A stretch of DNA of 64,000 nt from the NCBI RefSeq assembly GCF_036321535.1, contig NC_087444.1, forward strand, positions 77,066,001-77,130,000. The letters are read 5' to 3'. Below, piece by piece: positions 1 to 11,140 of the stretch. The DNA is from Camelus dromedarius. Lineage: Eukaryota. The position numbers and the translations under genes are program-made. The notes below the pieces were generated by a model. The model made no database searches, was not told the origin of the DNA, and worked only from the letters and a program-made list of their open reading frames with translations. Each line of letters opens with the position of its first letter. The stretch's first letter is position 1.

Positions 1-97
1 AGGGGCTGTCCCAGGGCTCACACTGAGCTCAGGCCCCTCATCATCTCATTCGCTCGCAGTCCCAGCCTCCTCCCCAAGAACACATGTGGCATCAGCG

Positions 98-425
98 TGT
101 GTCAGTTTGCTGTGGCTGCTGTGACAAGTTACCACCAACTTAGTGGCGTCTAACATCACATGTTTATTTTCTTGCAACGCCCCAGGTGAGAGAAACCCAA
201 CAGCACAGGTCTCACGGGCTAAAATCAAGGTGTCCGCAGAGCTGCGTTCCTCCTGGAAGCTCTAGCAGGGAGAATCAGATATCCTGGACTTTTCCAACTG
301 CTAGAGGCTGCCCGCATTCCTTGGCTTGTGGCCTCTTCCTCCGTCTTCAGAACCAGCACTAGGTTGGTCAAGTCTGACTTCCTCCTAGCAACTTAGTTCT
401 CTTTGGCTGTGGAAGCGTATCTAGA
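98..425 (-). mobile_element. MLT1 (MaLR) LTR relic
   Basis: gctgctgtgacaagttaccaccaacttagtggc...gctaaaatcaaggtgtc...ttccttggcttgtggcc motifs typical of MLT1. Confidence 0.75.
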
Positions 426-849
426 GCTTCTGGGAACGAGGCCATGGAGATCTCCAGGGCCTACCCCGACAGCTTCCCTTCCATTTCTCACACTGTCCCC
501 CTTCACCATCCCGGGTTCCTCTCCCTGCACAGAGCCCCCCGGGTGCTGCATGGTTCTGCCGCTTTGCCCCAGAACCTACCCGTTTCTCCCCACCATTCAT
601 CCTTTATCCATCATTCGTCTATCCTGTGATGTCACCTCTAGATTTTATGGTGGAGGAGAAGACAAGAGACACTAGACTTGACCACTGGTCAACTTTGTCA
701 CCCTGAGGGTGTCAACATTGTAGAGGACATAGGACCCATCCCTTCCCCTGGTGCCATGGCTTCTAGAGACAGGGTCACCAATGATGACAAAAACCATTTG
801 GTTGGGGAAAAGAACACTTAGGTTTTAATGACACCTATTATTCTTTAAA

Positions 850-1030
850 AAAATTTTTTTGTATTGAAAGTATAGTTGATTTACAATGTTGTGTTAGTCC
901 CTGGTGTACAGGATAGTGATTCAGTTACACAGGTATACATTCTCTTTCATTATAGGCTATAACAAGATATTATAGTTCCCAGTACTATGCAGTAGGACCT
1001 TGTTGCTTATCTATTTTATATGTAGTAGTT
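850..1030 (-). mobile_element. LINE-1 3'UTR fragment
   Basis: gtatagttgatttacaatgttgtgttagt...cagtaggaccttgttgcttatctattttata, typical cetartiodactyl L1 3' end. Confidence 0.75.
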
Positions 1031-1031
1031 A

Positions 1032-1132
1032 TTTTTTTTTTAAATACATTTTTTAATGGCGGTACTGGGGATTGAACCCAGGGCCTTGTGCATGCTAAGT
1101 ACGTGCTCTACCACTGAGCTACACCCTCCCCC
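1032..1132 (-). mobile_element. tRNA-Ala-derived camelid SINE (Vic-1 type)
   Basis: Reverse complement reads GGGGGAGGGTGTAGCTCAGTGGTAGAGCACG...CCTGGGTTCAATCCCCAGTACC (Pol III A and B boxes) plus A-rich tail. Confidence 0.85.
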
Positions 1133-1587
1133 GCCAAGTAGGTATTATTCTTGATGCTCTTGGGTTTCATCAGATATCTGGAGTCACTAGAATTTAAGCC
1201 TCTCAGGGCAGAGAATGCATCCTCAGTGCTTGTCTAGATTTTGGCAAATTTTCAGGAAACACGTGTGGACTGACTGAGTTTAAGCCTTAGATGAAGAGAG
1301 TCATTTGCAAAGATTATTGAAACTTCAGAAATAACAGTGGCTTCCCAAACTCCCTGTCAGTGGCACCACCTCCTTCCAGCACAACCCCATAACCTACACA
1401 TCAGCTGCTGAAAACGTGGTCCTCCACTCTCACACAGTGGTCTGAGTGCACCTCTGACATTGCACCTGGCCACGAGTCCTGTCCTCGGGGCCCCAGAGTC
1501 AATCTCAAAAGCCTAAAATTGACGTCACTCATATTCCCCATCTTCCTCTTATGGCTCTGGATCAAACTCTGAGAAACGTGTTCATAA

Positions 1588-1727
1588 GGGAGAGGGTATA
1601 GCTCAGTGGTAAGAGTGTGTGCTTAGCATGCACGAGGTCCTGGGTTCAATCCCCAGTACCTCCTCTAAAAATTGATAAACCTAATGACCTCCCCACCAAA
1701 TTAATAAAAAAAAAAAAAGAAAAGAAA
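1588..1727 (+). mobile_element. tRNA-Ala-derived camelid SINE (Vic-1 type)
   Basis: GGGAGAGGGTATAGCTCAGTGG...GGTTCAATCCCCAGTACCTCC, A tail, near-identical flanks agaaacgtgttc / agaaatgtgttc. Confidence 0.9.
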
Positions 1728-1934
1728 AGAAATGTGTTCTTTGACACCAACAGAGGTATTCTAGTTCAGTTAGCTTGTAACAATGATTCTCTATTGGGGA
1801 AAACTTTGCCCCCCAGGGGACACCAGGCAATACTGGAAACTTTTCTTTTTTCAGCCCCCTTACATAATCCTGTGTTGTTAGCTGTAGTCACCCTGCTGCT
1901 CGTTAGAGTCCCGAGAACTTTCTCCACTTAGAAG

Positions 1935-2475
1935 CCTTTGAGCCGACTCTCAGCCCCTGTGACCACCATTCCACTCTGTTCCTATGAGTTCAACATTTTT
2001 AGGTTCCACATGTAAGCGATACAGTTATCCCAAGTGCTAGTCCTTCTCGGATGTATTTCACTTCGCATAATGCCCTCAGGGTCCATCCACATTGTTGCAA
2101 GTGGCAGGATTTCCTTCTTTCTCGTGGCTGAGTAGTAGTCACACATGTGCGCTCACACACGTGTCTTCTTGACCCACTCATTGATGGACACTTACAGTGT
2201 TTCCCTGCCTGGGCTACTTTGAATTACCCTGCAGTGAACATGGGAGTGCTGGCATCTCTTCAAAATGGTGATTTCATTTCCTTCAGATACCTGCCTGGAA
2301 GTAGGGTTGTTGGATCCTAAGGTAGTTCTAGTTCTGATTTTTTGAGGAAACTTCATACTGTTTCTGATAATGAGTGCACCAGTATACATCCCGCCAGCAG
2401 TACGCCAGGCTTCCCTCCTCCCCACCTCCTCACCGACACTCATTATCGCTTGCCTGTCTGGTGCCCCCCACTCTA
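1935..2475 (-). mobile_element. LINE-1 3' region (L1MA/MB-like)
   Basis: ttaggttccacatgtaag...tccatccacattgttgcaagtggcaggatttcc...tttttgaggaaacttcatactgttt. Confidence 0.8.
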
Positions 2476-3174
2476 ACAGGCACTGAGAAGTTGCAGGAGA
2501 CCGTGTGGCCCCCCGAGGCTCTCAACTCCCTGACCCTTTACATACAACGATTGCCAACCACCTACTGAGATCATTGGATTCAGTGTTCACTTATCTTCTC
2601 CAGGTTCTCCAAACCACGACTCCCTTCATTCACACTCCACACATTTCCACCCCAAAGCTCCCCCAGACTGAGACCTTTTTCATTTCCTAGTATGGCTCAG
2701 TGGAAAGTGAGGGTTTTTGGAGCTGCGCAGGCCAGAGTTTGAACTCCACTTCTCCAGGTAGTAGTTGAGTGGCCCCAGCAGGTCACTTCAGCTGTTGACC
2801 TCAGGCTCCTCTCCTGCAAAGCGAGGGTGGAAACTGTTCTGCAGAATTTTTCTACGAGATGGAAAATGACTTTAGGTCATACAGTGACGTGAGATTCAAT
2901 AACATTGAATCTGTGTGAGAAGGTCATTCTCTTCCTGTTTTTCTCTGTCTTAATCACGAAAAGGAAGAGCCCAGCTGGGTGCTCTGGCAGGCAGCAGCAG
3001 CAGCTAATTCGAACTGAATGGAATTACTTTATTTCCCCTACTGACTGTGTGCTGATGGTTATCTTCTGTTTTTGATGAGAGATACTGATTTCTCAGTAAC
3101 AAGTGTTTTACAGATCTTCTTTTAAAATAGAGGGTTTTTTTTAAAAGAGAAATATTTAATATTTAAAATAGAGT

Positions 3175-3875
3175 AACAAAAGGAAAACAAATAACCCAAT
3201 CAAAAAATGGGCAGAAGACCTAAACAGACAAATCTCCAAAGAAGACACACAGATGGCCAACAGGCACATGAAAACATGCTCAACACTGCTAATTATCAGA
3301 GAAATGCAAATCAAAACTACAATGAGGCATCACCTCACACCAGTCAGAACGGCCATCATTCNNNNNNNNNNNNNNNNNNNNNNNNNNNNNNNNNNNNNNN
3401 NNNNNNNNNNNNNNNNNNNNNNNNNNNNNNNNNNNNNNNNNNNNNNNNNNNNNNNNNNNNNNNNNNNNNNNNNNNNNNNNNNNNNNNNNNNNNNNNNNNN
3501 NNNNNNNNNNNNNNNNNNNNNNNNNNNGATGAAAACACTGATCAGAAGAGATACAAGCGCCCCGGCGTTCCCAGCAGCACCATATACAACAGCCAAGACG
3601 TGGAAGCGACCTGAGTGTCCACAGACAGATGACTGGGTAAAGAATANNNNNNNNNNNNNNNNNNNNNNNNNNNNNNNNNNNNNNNNNNNNNNNNNNNNNN
3701 NNNNNNNNNNNNNNNNNNNNNNNNNNNNNNNNNNNNNNNNNNNNNNNNNNNNNNNNNNNNNNNNNNNNNNNNNNNNNNNNNNNNNNNNNNNNNNNNNNNN
3801 NNNNNNNNNNNNCTTACTTACGAAACAGAAAGAGCCTCAGACATAGAAAACAATCTTACGGTTACCCAAGGAGAA
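3175..3875 (+). mobile_element. LINE-1 ORF2 C-terminus and 3'UTR, 5'-truncated, partly masked
   Basis: Translates as [32 protein letters not shown]...TAKTWKRPECPQTDDW, the canonical L1 ORF2 end; explains ORFs 3207-3614 and 3253-3846. Confidence 0.92.
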
Positions 3876-4627
3876 GGCAGGTCGGGATCATTTTTATTTT
3901 AAAGAAATGTTTTAAAATAATAATACAATAAAATAGAGTTGTTTGAAAAACAATAATATAAAACCCCAAGGCAACTTGAAGAAGAATATCACGCAGGAAA
4001 GAAAACAGATGTCACATACAGAGGGCAGAATGTCCCTGGGGACTTCAGGAATGACTGGATTTTGGAAAACAGGCGGAGGAAAATGTGTGTGAAGTACCCA
4101 ACATACTCCTCGTACATGACATGTATTCAGGAAATGGACGTTTCTATCCCTTGCTTATCCACCTGACCCTAATACCTACCCCACAGGTCACACCAACTCC
4201 AGCTGCGCAACAGCCCAGCCCACCACCACCTGCAACACCTTGTCCTCCTGTCCCCCGAGACGCACCAACGCAGAGCAGGGTCAGGAGTTGGGAGATCATG
4301 CTGGTCCGTCTGCGCCTCTTCCAAGATCTTCCGCCAACGCTGCTGCTGGTGGTAAGCCTGAATGTTCTCCGGACGCCCGTTGCTGTGCGGCAGGCAGACA
4401 GACCTGATTTGGTAACAGAGATGCTGTAACAGCCTTGCTCCGGCTTTATAAACCTCTAGTGTCACATACCCACAGTTTCTATCACATAGTCACAATCAGG
4501 AAATGACAACTACTTATTGCAACAGGCTCTCAAGCCACCTCAGGGACCTCCGACAGCTCAGACCTCAGATCGTCCAATTCTAAGGCATATTCACGAATCA
4601 AAGCAAAGTGGTGAGAAACTGCTGGTT

Positions 4628-4720
4628 GGTTGTTTATTTTCTTGTAATGGAGGGACTGGGGATTGAACCCAGGCCCTCGTGCATGTAAGCACATGCTCTA
4701 CCACTGAGCTGTTCCCCACC
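4628..4720 (-). mobile_element. tRNA-Ala-derived camelid SINE (Vic-1 type), short tail
   Basis: ggactggggattgaacccaggccctcgtgcatgtaagcacatgctctaccactgagc is the reverse complement of the same SINE head. Confidence 0.85.
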
Positions 4721-4849
4721 TCCTCTATAGCCCAGTGTTTGTAAAGTAGTATTCTGAGTAGTAGAATGGTCAATCTTCTTTTCCTTCTTGTTTATATGAA
4801 TTTTCTAAATTTGCTGAAATTGATGTTAGTTTTAAATGGTTTTTTGTTC

Positions 4850-5580
4850 CTTTTTTTATATTTATTTTTATTGAGGTATAGCTGATTTACAATATTACAT
4901 AAGTTTTAGGTGTACAATAGAGTGATTCACAATTTTTGAAGGTTATACTCCACTTGTAGTTACTACAAAATATGGGTTGTATTCCCTGTGCTGTACAATA
5001 TATCCTGGTTGCTTACTTATTTTACACACAGCAGTTTGTACCTCCTAATCCTCCATCCCCATCTTGCCCCGCCCTCCTTCCTTCTCCCCACTGGTAACTA
5101 CTAGCTTGTTCTCTGTTATCTGTGAGTCTGTTTCTTTTCTGTTATNNNNNNNNNNNNNNNNNNNNNNNNNNNNNNNNNNNNNNNNNNNNNNNNNNNNNNN
5201 NNNNNNNNNNNNNNNNNNNNNNNNNNNNNNNNNNNNNNNNNNNNNNNNNNNNNNNNNNNNNNNNNNNNNNNNNNNNNNNNNNNNNNNNNNNNNNNNNNNN
5301 NNNNNNNNNNNNNNNNNNNNNNNNNNNNNNNNNNNNNNNNNNNNNNNNNNNNNNNNNNNNNNNNNNNNNNNNNNNNNNNNNNNNNNNNNNNNNNNNNNNN
5401 NNNNNNNNNNNNNNNNNNNNNNNNNNNNNNNNNNNNNNNNNNNNNNNNNNNNNNNNNNNNNNNNNNNNNNNNNNNNNNNNNNNNNNNNNNNNNNNATGAA
5501 CATTAGGAGTGCGTGTATCTTTTTGAATTAATATTTTCATTTACTTCAGACATATACCCAGGAGTGGAATTGCTGGCTCT
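4850..5580 (-). mobile_element. LINE-1 3' fragment, partly masked
   Basis: gaggtatagctgatttacaatattac...ccccactggtaactactagcttgttctctg...catatacccaggagtggaattgctgg. Confidence 0.85.
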
Positions 5581-5914
5581 CACTTTAAATGTTTTTAAAT
5601 TTTAAGTGAGGTGCTTTGGGATGAGAAAAACTGAGTTTACAAAAAAGAGTGAATGCTTCTAGAGCTTAGAGTTTGGGGCCACTGAGTTTAAGGACCGATA
5701 CAAGGACTGTCATGTAAACATGCAGGTGGAACACACACATTTCTTCCTGAAACCTCATGAAAAGACATTAAGGAGATGTAAGAAAAGCACATAAACTTAG
5801 GAGGAAAAAGGCAATGAGAGAGGAAATAATATGACAATAACAACACAATTTTAATAAAATTAATAAAGGGAAACCTCACTAAAATGGGAGAATAAAAATG
5901 GAGAAGGGGGAGCT

Positions 5915-6180
5915 GTCAGGTCCTGCTGCTAGAGTCAGTTGCATTCCCCACAGGAAGAAGGGTACCTGCACCCCCAGACAGAAGGCAAGACCACTTTACT
6001 GTCCCAAAGGAAAAATTTTCTCCTTCCCTGGCAACAGCTCAGCCAGTGAGGCACTGTCATAACTCAGCCAATGAAAAGCCACTGTACTCCAACCTCTCAG
6101 TTTCTCCAGCGGGCATTTTGTTTACAGCAGTCCCGTCCAACTTCCCCTTCTCTATGGAAGAGTTTCCTCCCCTTTGCTTT
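5915..6180 (+). mobile_element. ERV LTR fragment, family not resolved
   Basis: LTR-like text with cagccaatgaaaagccactgta CCAAT context and C-rich U3 segments; recognised by pattern only. Confidence 0.4.
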
Positions 6181-6352
6181 ACTCAACTGTCTACAGCACA
6201 GGGAACTGTGTTCAGTGTCTCATAGTAACCTATGATGACAAAGAATGTGAAAAGGAATATATGTATGTATATGTATGACTGAAACATGATGCTGTGCACC
6301 AGAAATTGACACATCGTAAACTGACTATACTTCAATTAAATAATAATAATAA
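6181..6352 (+). mobile_element. LINE-1 extreme 3' end with AAT tail
   Basis: ctacagcacagggaact...gactgaaacatgatgctgtgcaccagaaattgacac...aaactgactatacttcaattaaataataataat. Confidence 0.85.
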
Positions 6353-6854
6353 CACAGAATTCTCAGTCTTTTGTTAAAGTAAGAAACCCAGCAAGTTGTT
6401 GGTTTTTATTGGTTTTTTTTTTTTTAACCTCTGGTTCCTTTGGAAGAAGACCAGAATACTCCTGAGGCTCTGTCGTCTTAGTAGATCTTACTCGCCTTAC
6501 CATTTCAGGAATCCAGAAAATCAGTAAGGCCACAAAGTATCAAGGAGGGAAACCAATTATAATCACAGATGTTTCTTGGAAAGTTATTTTCGAAAGACAT
6601 GACCATGATTTTTTTGAGGTTATTATAAGGCCCTTTTGGTCAGATACCACTTCTGCATGTCCATTCATTTCAACAGCACAATTTACTAAGAGTCGTGAAG
6701 ATTCATGTCCTCCATGTTGCACCAGAAAACAAGGTTGATATTCTCAGCAATGCTTTCAAACCAGCGCCTTATCTACCCAGCTTCTTTAAACCAGTTTTAT
6801 GACTCAGAAAGTTCTTCCTCCTAGGGTTTTGTTTTTTTTTTTTTTTAATGGCTT

Positions 6855-7140
6855 TTCCATTCCATAGACATGAATGGTTAGATTACTGGCTACTGATGAC
6901 TAACTCAATCTCCAGCCCATCTCCCCTCTCTGGAGGTTGGTGGTAGGTTGAGGGCTGGTGGGATTTCCATGCATCTAATCAAGTCTTGGTCTTTCTGATA
7001 ACCAGCCCCCCAGACACCCACCAAGAATGGCCTCATTAGAACAGATGACACGCCTGTCAACCCTCCTCAATCAGGAAATGCCAAAGGTTTTAGGAGCTCC
7101 GTGCCAGGAACCAGGGGCAAAAGCCAAATAAATACCTTTT
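6855..7140 (-). mobile_element. MER21-like LTR
   Basis: ctcaatctccagcccatctcccctctctggagg...ctcattagaaca...ttttaggagctccgtgccaggaaccaggggcaaaagccaaata resembles the MER21 consensus. Confidence 0.7.
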
Positions 7141-7517
7141 TGCCTAGCCCAAGAGTCAAACCTGGACTACCGCTAAGCGTTTTTATATTCTGCAGCCCCC
7201 ATCAGAGGGACACAGAGCAAAAAGACTCACCCTTCATCAGAACCCAGGAAGCAGCGAGAAGCTTTCTCACGAAAGCTTCTTCAGAGAAGAAGGCGAGTGG
7301 GAGGTAGCAGTTCCTCACAAGCCTTTCATCTTCTCATGTTCCAGGAGGATCTTAAGGCTTCCTGCCAAGACTCAGATTAGCTGCAGCTCAAGCCTCTGAC
7401 TGGTATGGGATGGGAGAGGTTTCCGGGACCCCACAGTAGGGCCGCCCCCTTACGGTGGCATGAGCTTTCCGGACTTCTTTAGAAATAAGCAGTGGATACG
7501 AGGTCTCCCCAGGGATG

Positions 7518-7680
7518 CTGTTGTGATGCCTCCCGTGTCTCCCCAAAATTCTTACATTGAAGCCCTAACTCTCAACGTGCTGGTATTAGGAAGTGGGGCC
7601 CCTGGGAGGTAATTAGGCCTAGGTCGTGAGGGCGGAGCCCCCGGGATGGGCTGAGTGCCCCTATGAAGAGGTGAGAGACA
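7518..7680 (+). mobile_element. MLT1 LTR 5' fragment
   Basis: tgaagccctaactctcaacgtgctggtattaggaagtggggcccctgggaggtaattagg. Confidence 0.7.
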
Positions 7681-7752
7681 TCCCTCTCTCCCTCTCTCTC
7701 TCCCTCTCTCCCCCTCCCTCTCTCTTTCCCTCTCTCCCTCTCTCTGTCTCCC
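7681..7752. repeat. Imperfect (CT)n polypyrimidine tract
   Basis: Read directly from the sequence. Confidence 0.9.
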
Positions 7753-8194
7753 TTTTCTGCTGGCTCTGAACCACATATGAAAGGTACATGCTGATAAAAA
7801 GCAAAGCTATTGATAAACAGCCCTAAACTGTTCAACTATGTTCTGTTGAGTGAGAGAGAAATAAATTTATATATATTTTTTTCCTTGGGGAGGGGATCTG
7901 TTTCCCACAGCAGCTTTAATTGCTGCTCATCAAGACAGTGAGCAGTAGTTTGGTTAATGCTTTACTCCATGAGCTTCAAGAGAGTAGAGTTCATGTCTGC
8001 TGTTACTCCCCAGATCACCCCCAGCACCTCACACAGTAGGTCACCCCTGGTAGCCCTTAAATATGTGTGCAGCAAGTGGATGGATGAGAACTTGGGGGAA
8101 GCAGGTGCATGGACAGAAGCGCACGTCCTAACGGTGAAGACGCCTGGGGGTGTGGGATCCGAAAGAAGATGCCATTGAAGCTAATAGTAGTCAT

Positions 8195-9125
8195 TTTTCT
8201 TGTTATAACTATTGCTGTTATAACAAACTGTCACAAACTAAAATGGCTTTCAGTTCTGGAGGAGAGAAGTCCAAAATAGGTTGGCAGGCTGCATTCCTTC
8301 TAGAAGGCTGTAGGGGAGAATCCAATTCCCTTCCCTTTCCAGCTTCTAGAGGCACCTGCATCCCTTGGCTTGTGGCCTCGCATATCACTGACCTCTGCCT
8401 CCATCTTCTAAAAAAATTGTAACACCTTTATTGTGGTATGGTTCCTGTACAGTAAACTACATGTATTTCAGATGTACGATTTGATGAATTTTAATAGATG
8501 TCTACACCCATGTAACTACCGCCACAATCAAGGTAGCTAACATTTCCATCACTTCCCGAGAGGCGCAAATTTCAGATTCCCAATTTATCCCTTCTCACTC
8601 ACTTTCCCCCTTGGTAACCATAAGTTTGTTCTCTATGTCTGTGAGTCTGTTTCTGTTTTATAGATNNNNNNNNNNNNNNNNNNNNNNNNNNNNNNNNNNN
8701 NNNNNNNNNNNNNNNNNNNNNNNNNNNNNNNNNNNNNNNNNNNNNNNNNNNNNNNNNNNNNNNNNNNNNNNNNNNNNNNNNNNNNNNNNNNNNNNNNNNN
8801 NNNNNNNNNNNNNNNNNNNNNNNNNNNNNNNNNNNNNNNNNNNNNNNNNNNNNNNNNNNNNNNNNNNNNNNNNNNNNNNNNNNNNNNNNNNNNNNNNNNN
8901 NNNNNNNNNNNNNNNNNNNTCTTCACATTGCCTTCTATAACCCTGAGCCCTTTGCCTCCTTCATAAGTATTATATTGAACCCATCCAGACTATCCAGGAT
9001 AATCTCCCAATAGCATGATTCCTCATTAAGTCACATCTGTGAAATCCCTTTTGCCACATACAATGTATTCACAGGTTCTGGGAATAGGGACACTACAGGT
9101 CTGGGGGACCAGGACTCTGTCCACC
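8195..9125 (-). mobile_element. MLT1 LTR split by L1 fragments (8425-8920)
   Basis: MLT1 text at 8195-8410 continues at 8921-9125; L1 3'UTR-type text and an N-run lie between. Confidence 0.65.
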
Positions 9126-10074
9126 ATAAACGGGTGAAAGGATGGAGCCTGCTTTCAGAGGGAAGAGCTCATCCAGTGAGAATGTGTGTGTTTCCTAAAA
9201 CCTCCTGTGTGCCAGGCCCTGGAGATGTGGAGATAAACCGACCTGGTCCCTCTTGGGAGGAGCTTGTGGTCTAGTCTGGGAGAGAGAGTTGATATATAGC
9301 AAATAGATAGGGTGATGATAGGGCTCTATGCGAGCACAGATGGGTGCAGGCAAAAGTTTGCAGAGGAATCAGCATCAAATCTGAGAGCTGAAAGATGAGT
9401 AGCATGAACCAGACAGGAGAGAACAGAGAGACTGGACCAGATGTATCACAGTCTCATTACAGACATCTTGGACACTCTGAGCTTTTACAGGTCTCAAGTA
9501 AAAGGAACCACTGCCTCGAAAACCATACATTGCTTTGCAGTTTTTTGATGTGATAACAGTCCCCTTTCTCTTCCTCATTTGAAAGTGAAAGTGGGGGAGG
9601 AGACTCACTCCAAAGAAATCGAGAAGTCTTGACTCAACAGCCTGGAAGACGTTGTTGTTGTGTAAGAGACAGCCACAGGGTGGGGGGTGGGACCCACAGT
9701 CTAACCACACAGACTCCCTGAAGTCCCAGGTGAGACACCTGTCTGTGTCTCAGAGGGCTGTTGGTGATAACTAGGAATAGCATATGTGGATCGCCTGGTA
9801 GAGAGAGGTATTCAATGGTAGAAAGTGAAATCAGTGTTAGGACTACTGTTCACTCAATAAGCATGTATTGACCACTTGGTCTCTAGGAAGCCTTGTGCTA
9901 GTCACTGGGTGAACTGCTTTTGGATGTAGTGGATGGATAAATGCATGGGTAAACTGATGGATACTGAAGAAGTAAATAGGTGAGCAGATGAATGAATTGA
10001 TGGATTAATGAAGGCAGGAATGGGTGAACAGATGTAAGAATGAATGATATACAAGGGCAAATGAAAGAATAGGT

Positions 10075-10204
10075 GGGGGGAGGGTATAGCTCAACTGGTA
10101 GAGCACATGCTTAGCATACACAAGGTCCTGGGTTCAATCCCCCGTACCTCCTCTAAAAATAAATAAGTAAACCTAATTACCGCACCCCCAAAAAATTAAA
10201 ATAA
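10075..10204 (+). mobile_element. tRNA-Ala-derived camelid SINE (Vic-1 type) with target-site duplication
   Basis: Full head and acctaattacc tail; perfect 11-bp TSD AAAGAATAGGT at 10064-10074 and 10205-10215. Confidence 0.92.
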
Positions 10205-10755
10205 AAAGAATAGGTAGATGTGCAAATGAGGACATGTGAACAGGGGACAGACAGACAGAAAATAGTAAGGATAAGAAGGAAGCAGTGGGTGGATGATGGA
10301 ATGAATGCATGAGGAAGCTTCATATTGCCTCTAATTTCCCGTTTGTAAAGTGGGCAGATGGGATGTGATGACTTGGCAGCCCCAAGTCTGGTTCCCTCCT
10401 ACAGACCTCCTCCCTCCATCTCCCGAATCCACACGTGCCAGGAGGATTGCTCTGGATGTGCGCTACCAGGGTCCCATGTTGGCACCAAGAACAAACCAGG
10501 AGAGTTCCAGCTCTTCAGCAAGTCAGTGCACGTGGGCAGCGGATTTGACTGCAAAATACAGTTCTGTTTCATCTCACAGGTGAGTTCCCTAATTGCACCC
10601 GCTCAGAGAATTGGGTGTTGAAATAACACGATTTTATGCTGTTTACTCACCTCTTAAATTTACCAATCTTGATACAGGATCTGGTTTAGGTCAGTTTCCG
10701 AAACAAAAGTAACATATCAACAAATATGGCTCATCTTTCCTCAAATCATGCGTGT

Positions 10756-10760
<5 letters not shown>

Positions 10761-10802
<42 letters not shown>
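10761..10802. repeat. Compound microsatellite (TG)14(AG)7
   Basis: Read directly from the sequence. Confidence 0.95.
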
Positions 10803-11020
10803 GTGTAGGGGTCGTTATGTCAATGAAGGGACTGGTAGCCAGCATTTTTAATAAAATAGAATATGTCAGTGCATCCATATAATAGAACTAAATATCGTTT
10901 CACAGAACTTGAATTTTAGTTTATAGATACAACAGTGGTCAAGATGTAAACTTTGCTTCTTAATCTATGTCCTGTCCCCAAAGGAGGGGGTGAGGGAGTT
11001 AAAGCAGCTGATTAAGGTGG

Positions 11021-11140
11021 TTTTTTGGCGGGGGCTGTAATTAGGTTTATTTATTTATGTATTTAATGGAGGTACTGGGAATTGAACCCAGGACCTCCTG
11101 CGTGAAGCACGCGCTTTACCACCGCCCTATACCCTCCCCC
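11021..11140 (-). mobile_element. tRNA-Ala-derived camelid SINE (Vic-1 type)
   Basis: gtaattaggtttattt...ggaggtactgggaattgaacccaggacctc...tataccctccccc. Confidence 0.85.

Noticed and set aside
1588-1670. tRNA-Ala-like sequences (also 1032, 4628, 10075, 11021, 18122)
   Set aside because: They have A and B boxes but no acceptor-stem 3' half, carry A-rich tails and TSDs, and are diverged from each other. They are SINEs, not tRNA genes.
2892-2912. 9-bp inverted repeat AGATTCAAT-aac-ATTGAATCT
   Set aside because: A single short hairpin is expected by chance in AT-rich DNA.
3055-3095. TGATGA...CTGA, C/D-box-like motifs
   Set aside because: The spacing is far too short, there is no terminal stem, and the site is not in a host intron.
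3207-3846. 135-aa and 197-aa ORFs
   Set aside because: L1 ORF2 remnant; the length is inflated by N-runs.
5045-5540. Several ORFs made mostly of X (also 8611-8940 and 60807-61668)
   Set aside because: Artefacts of translating through masked bases.
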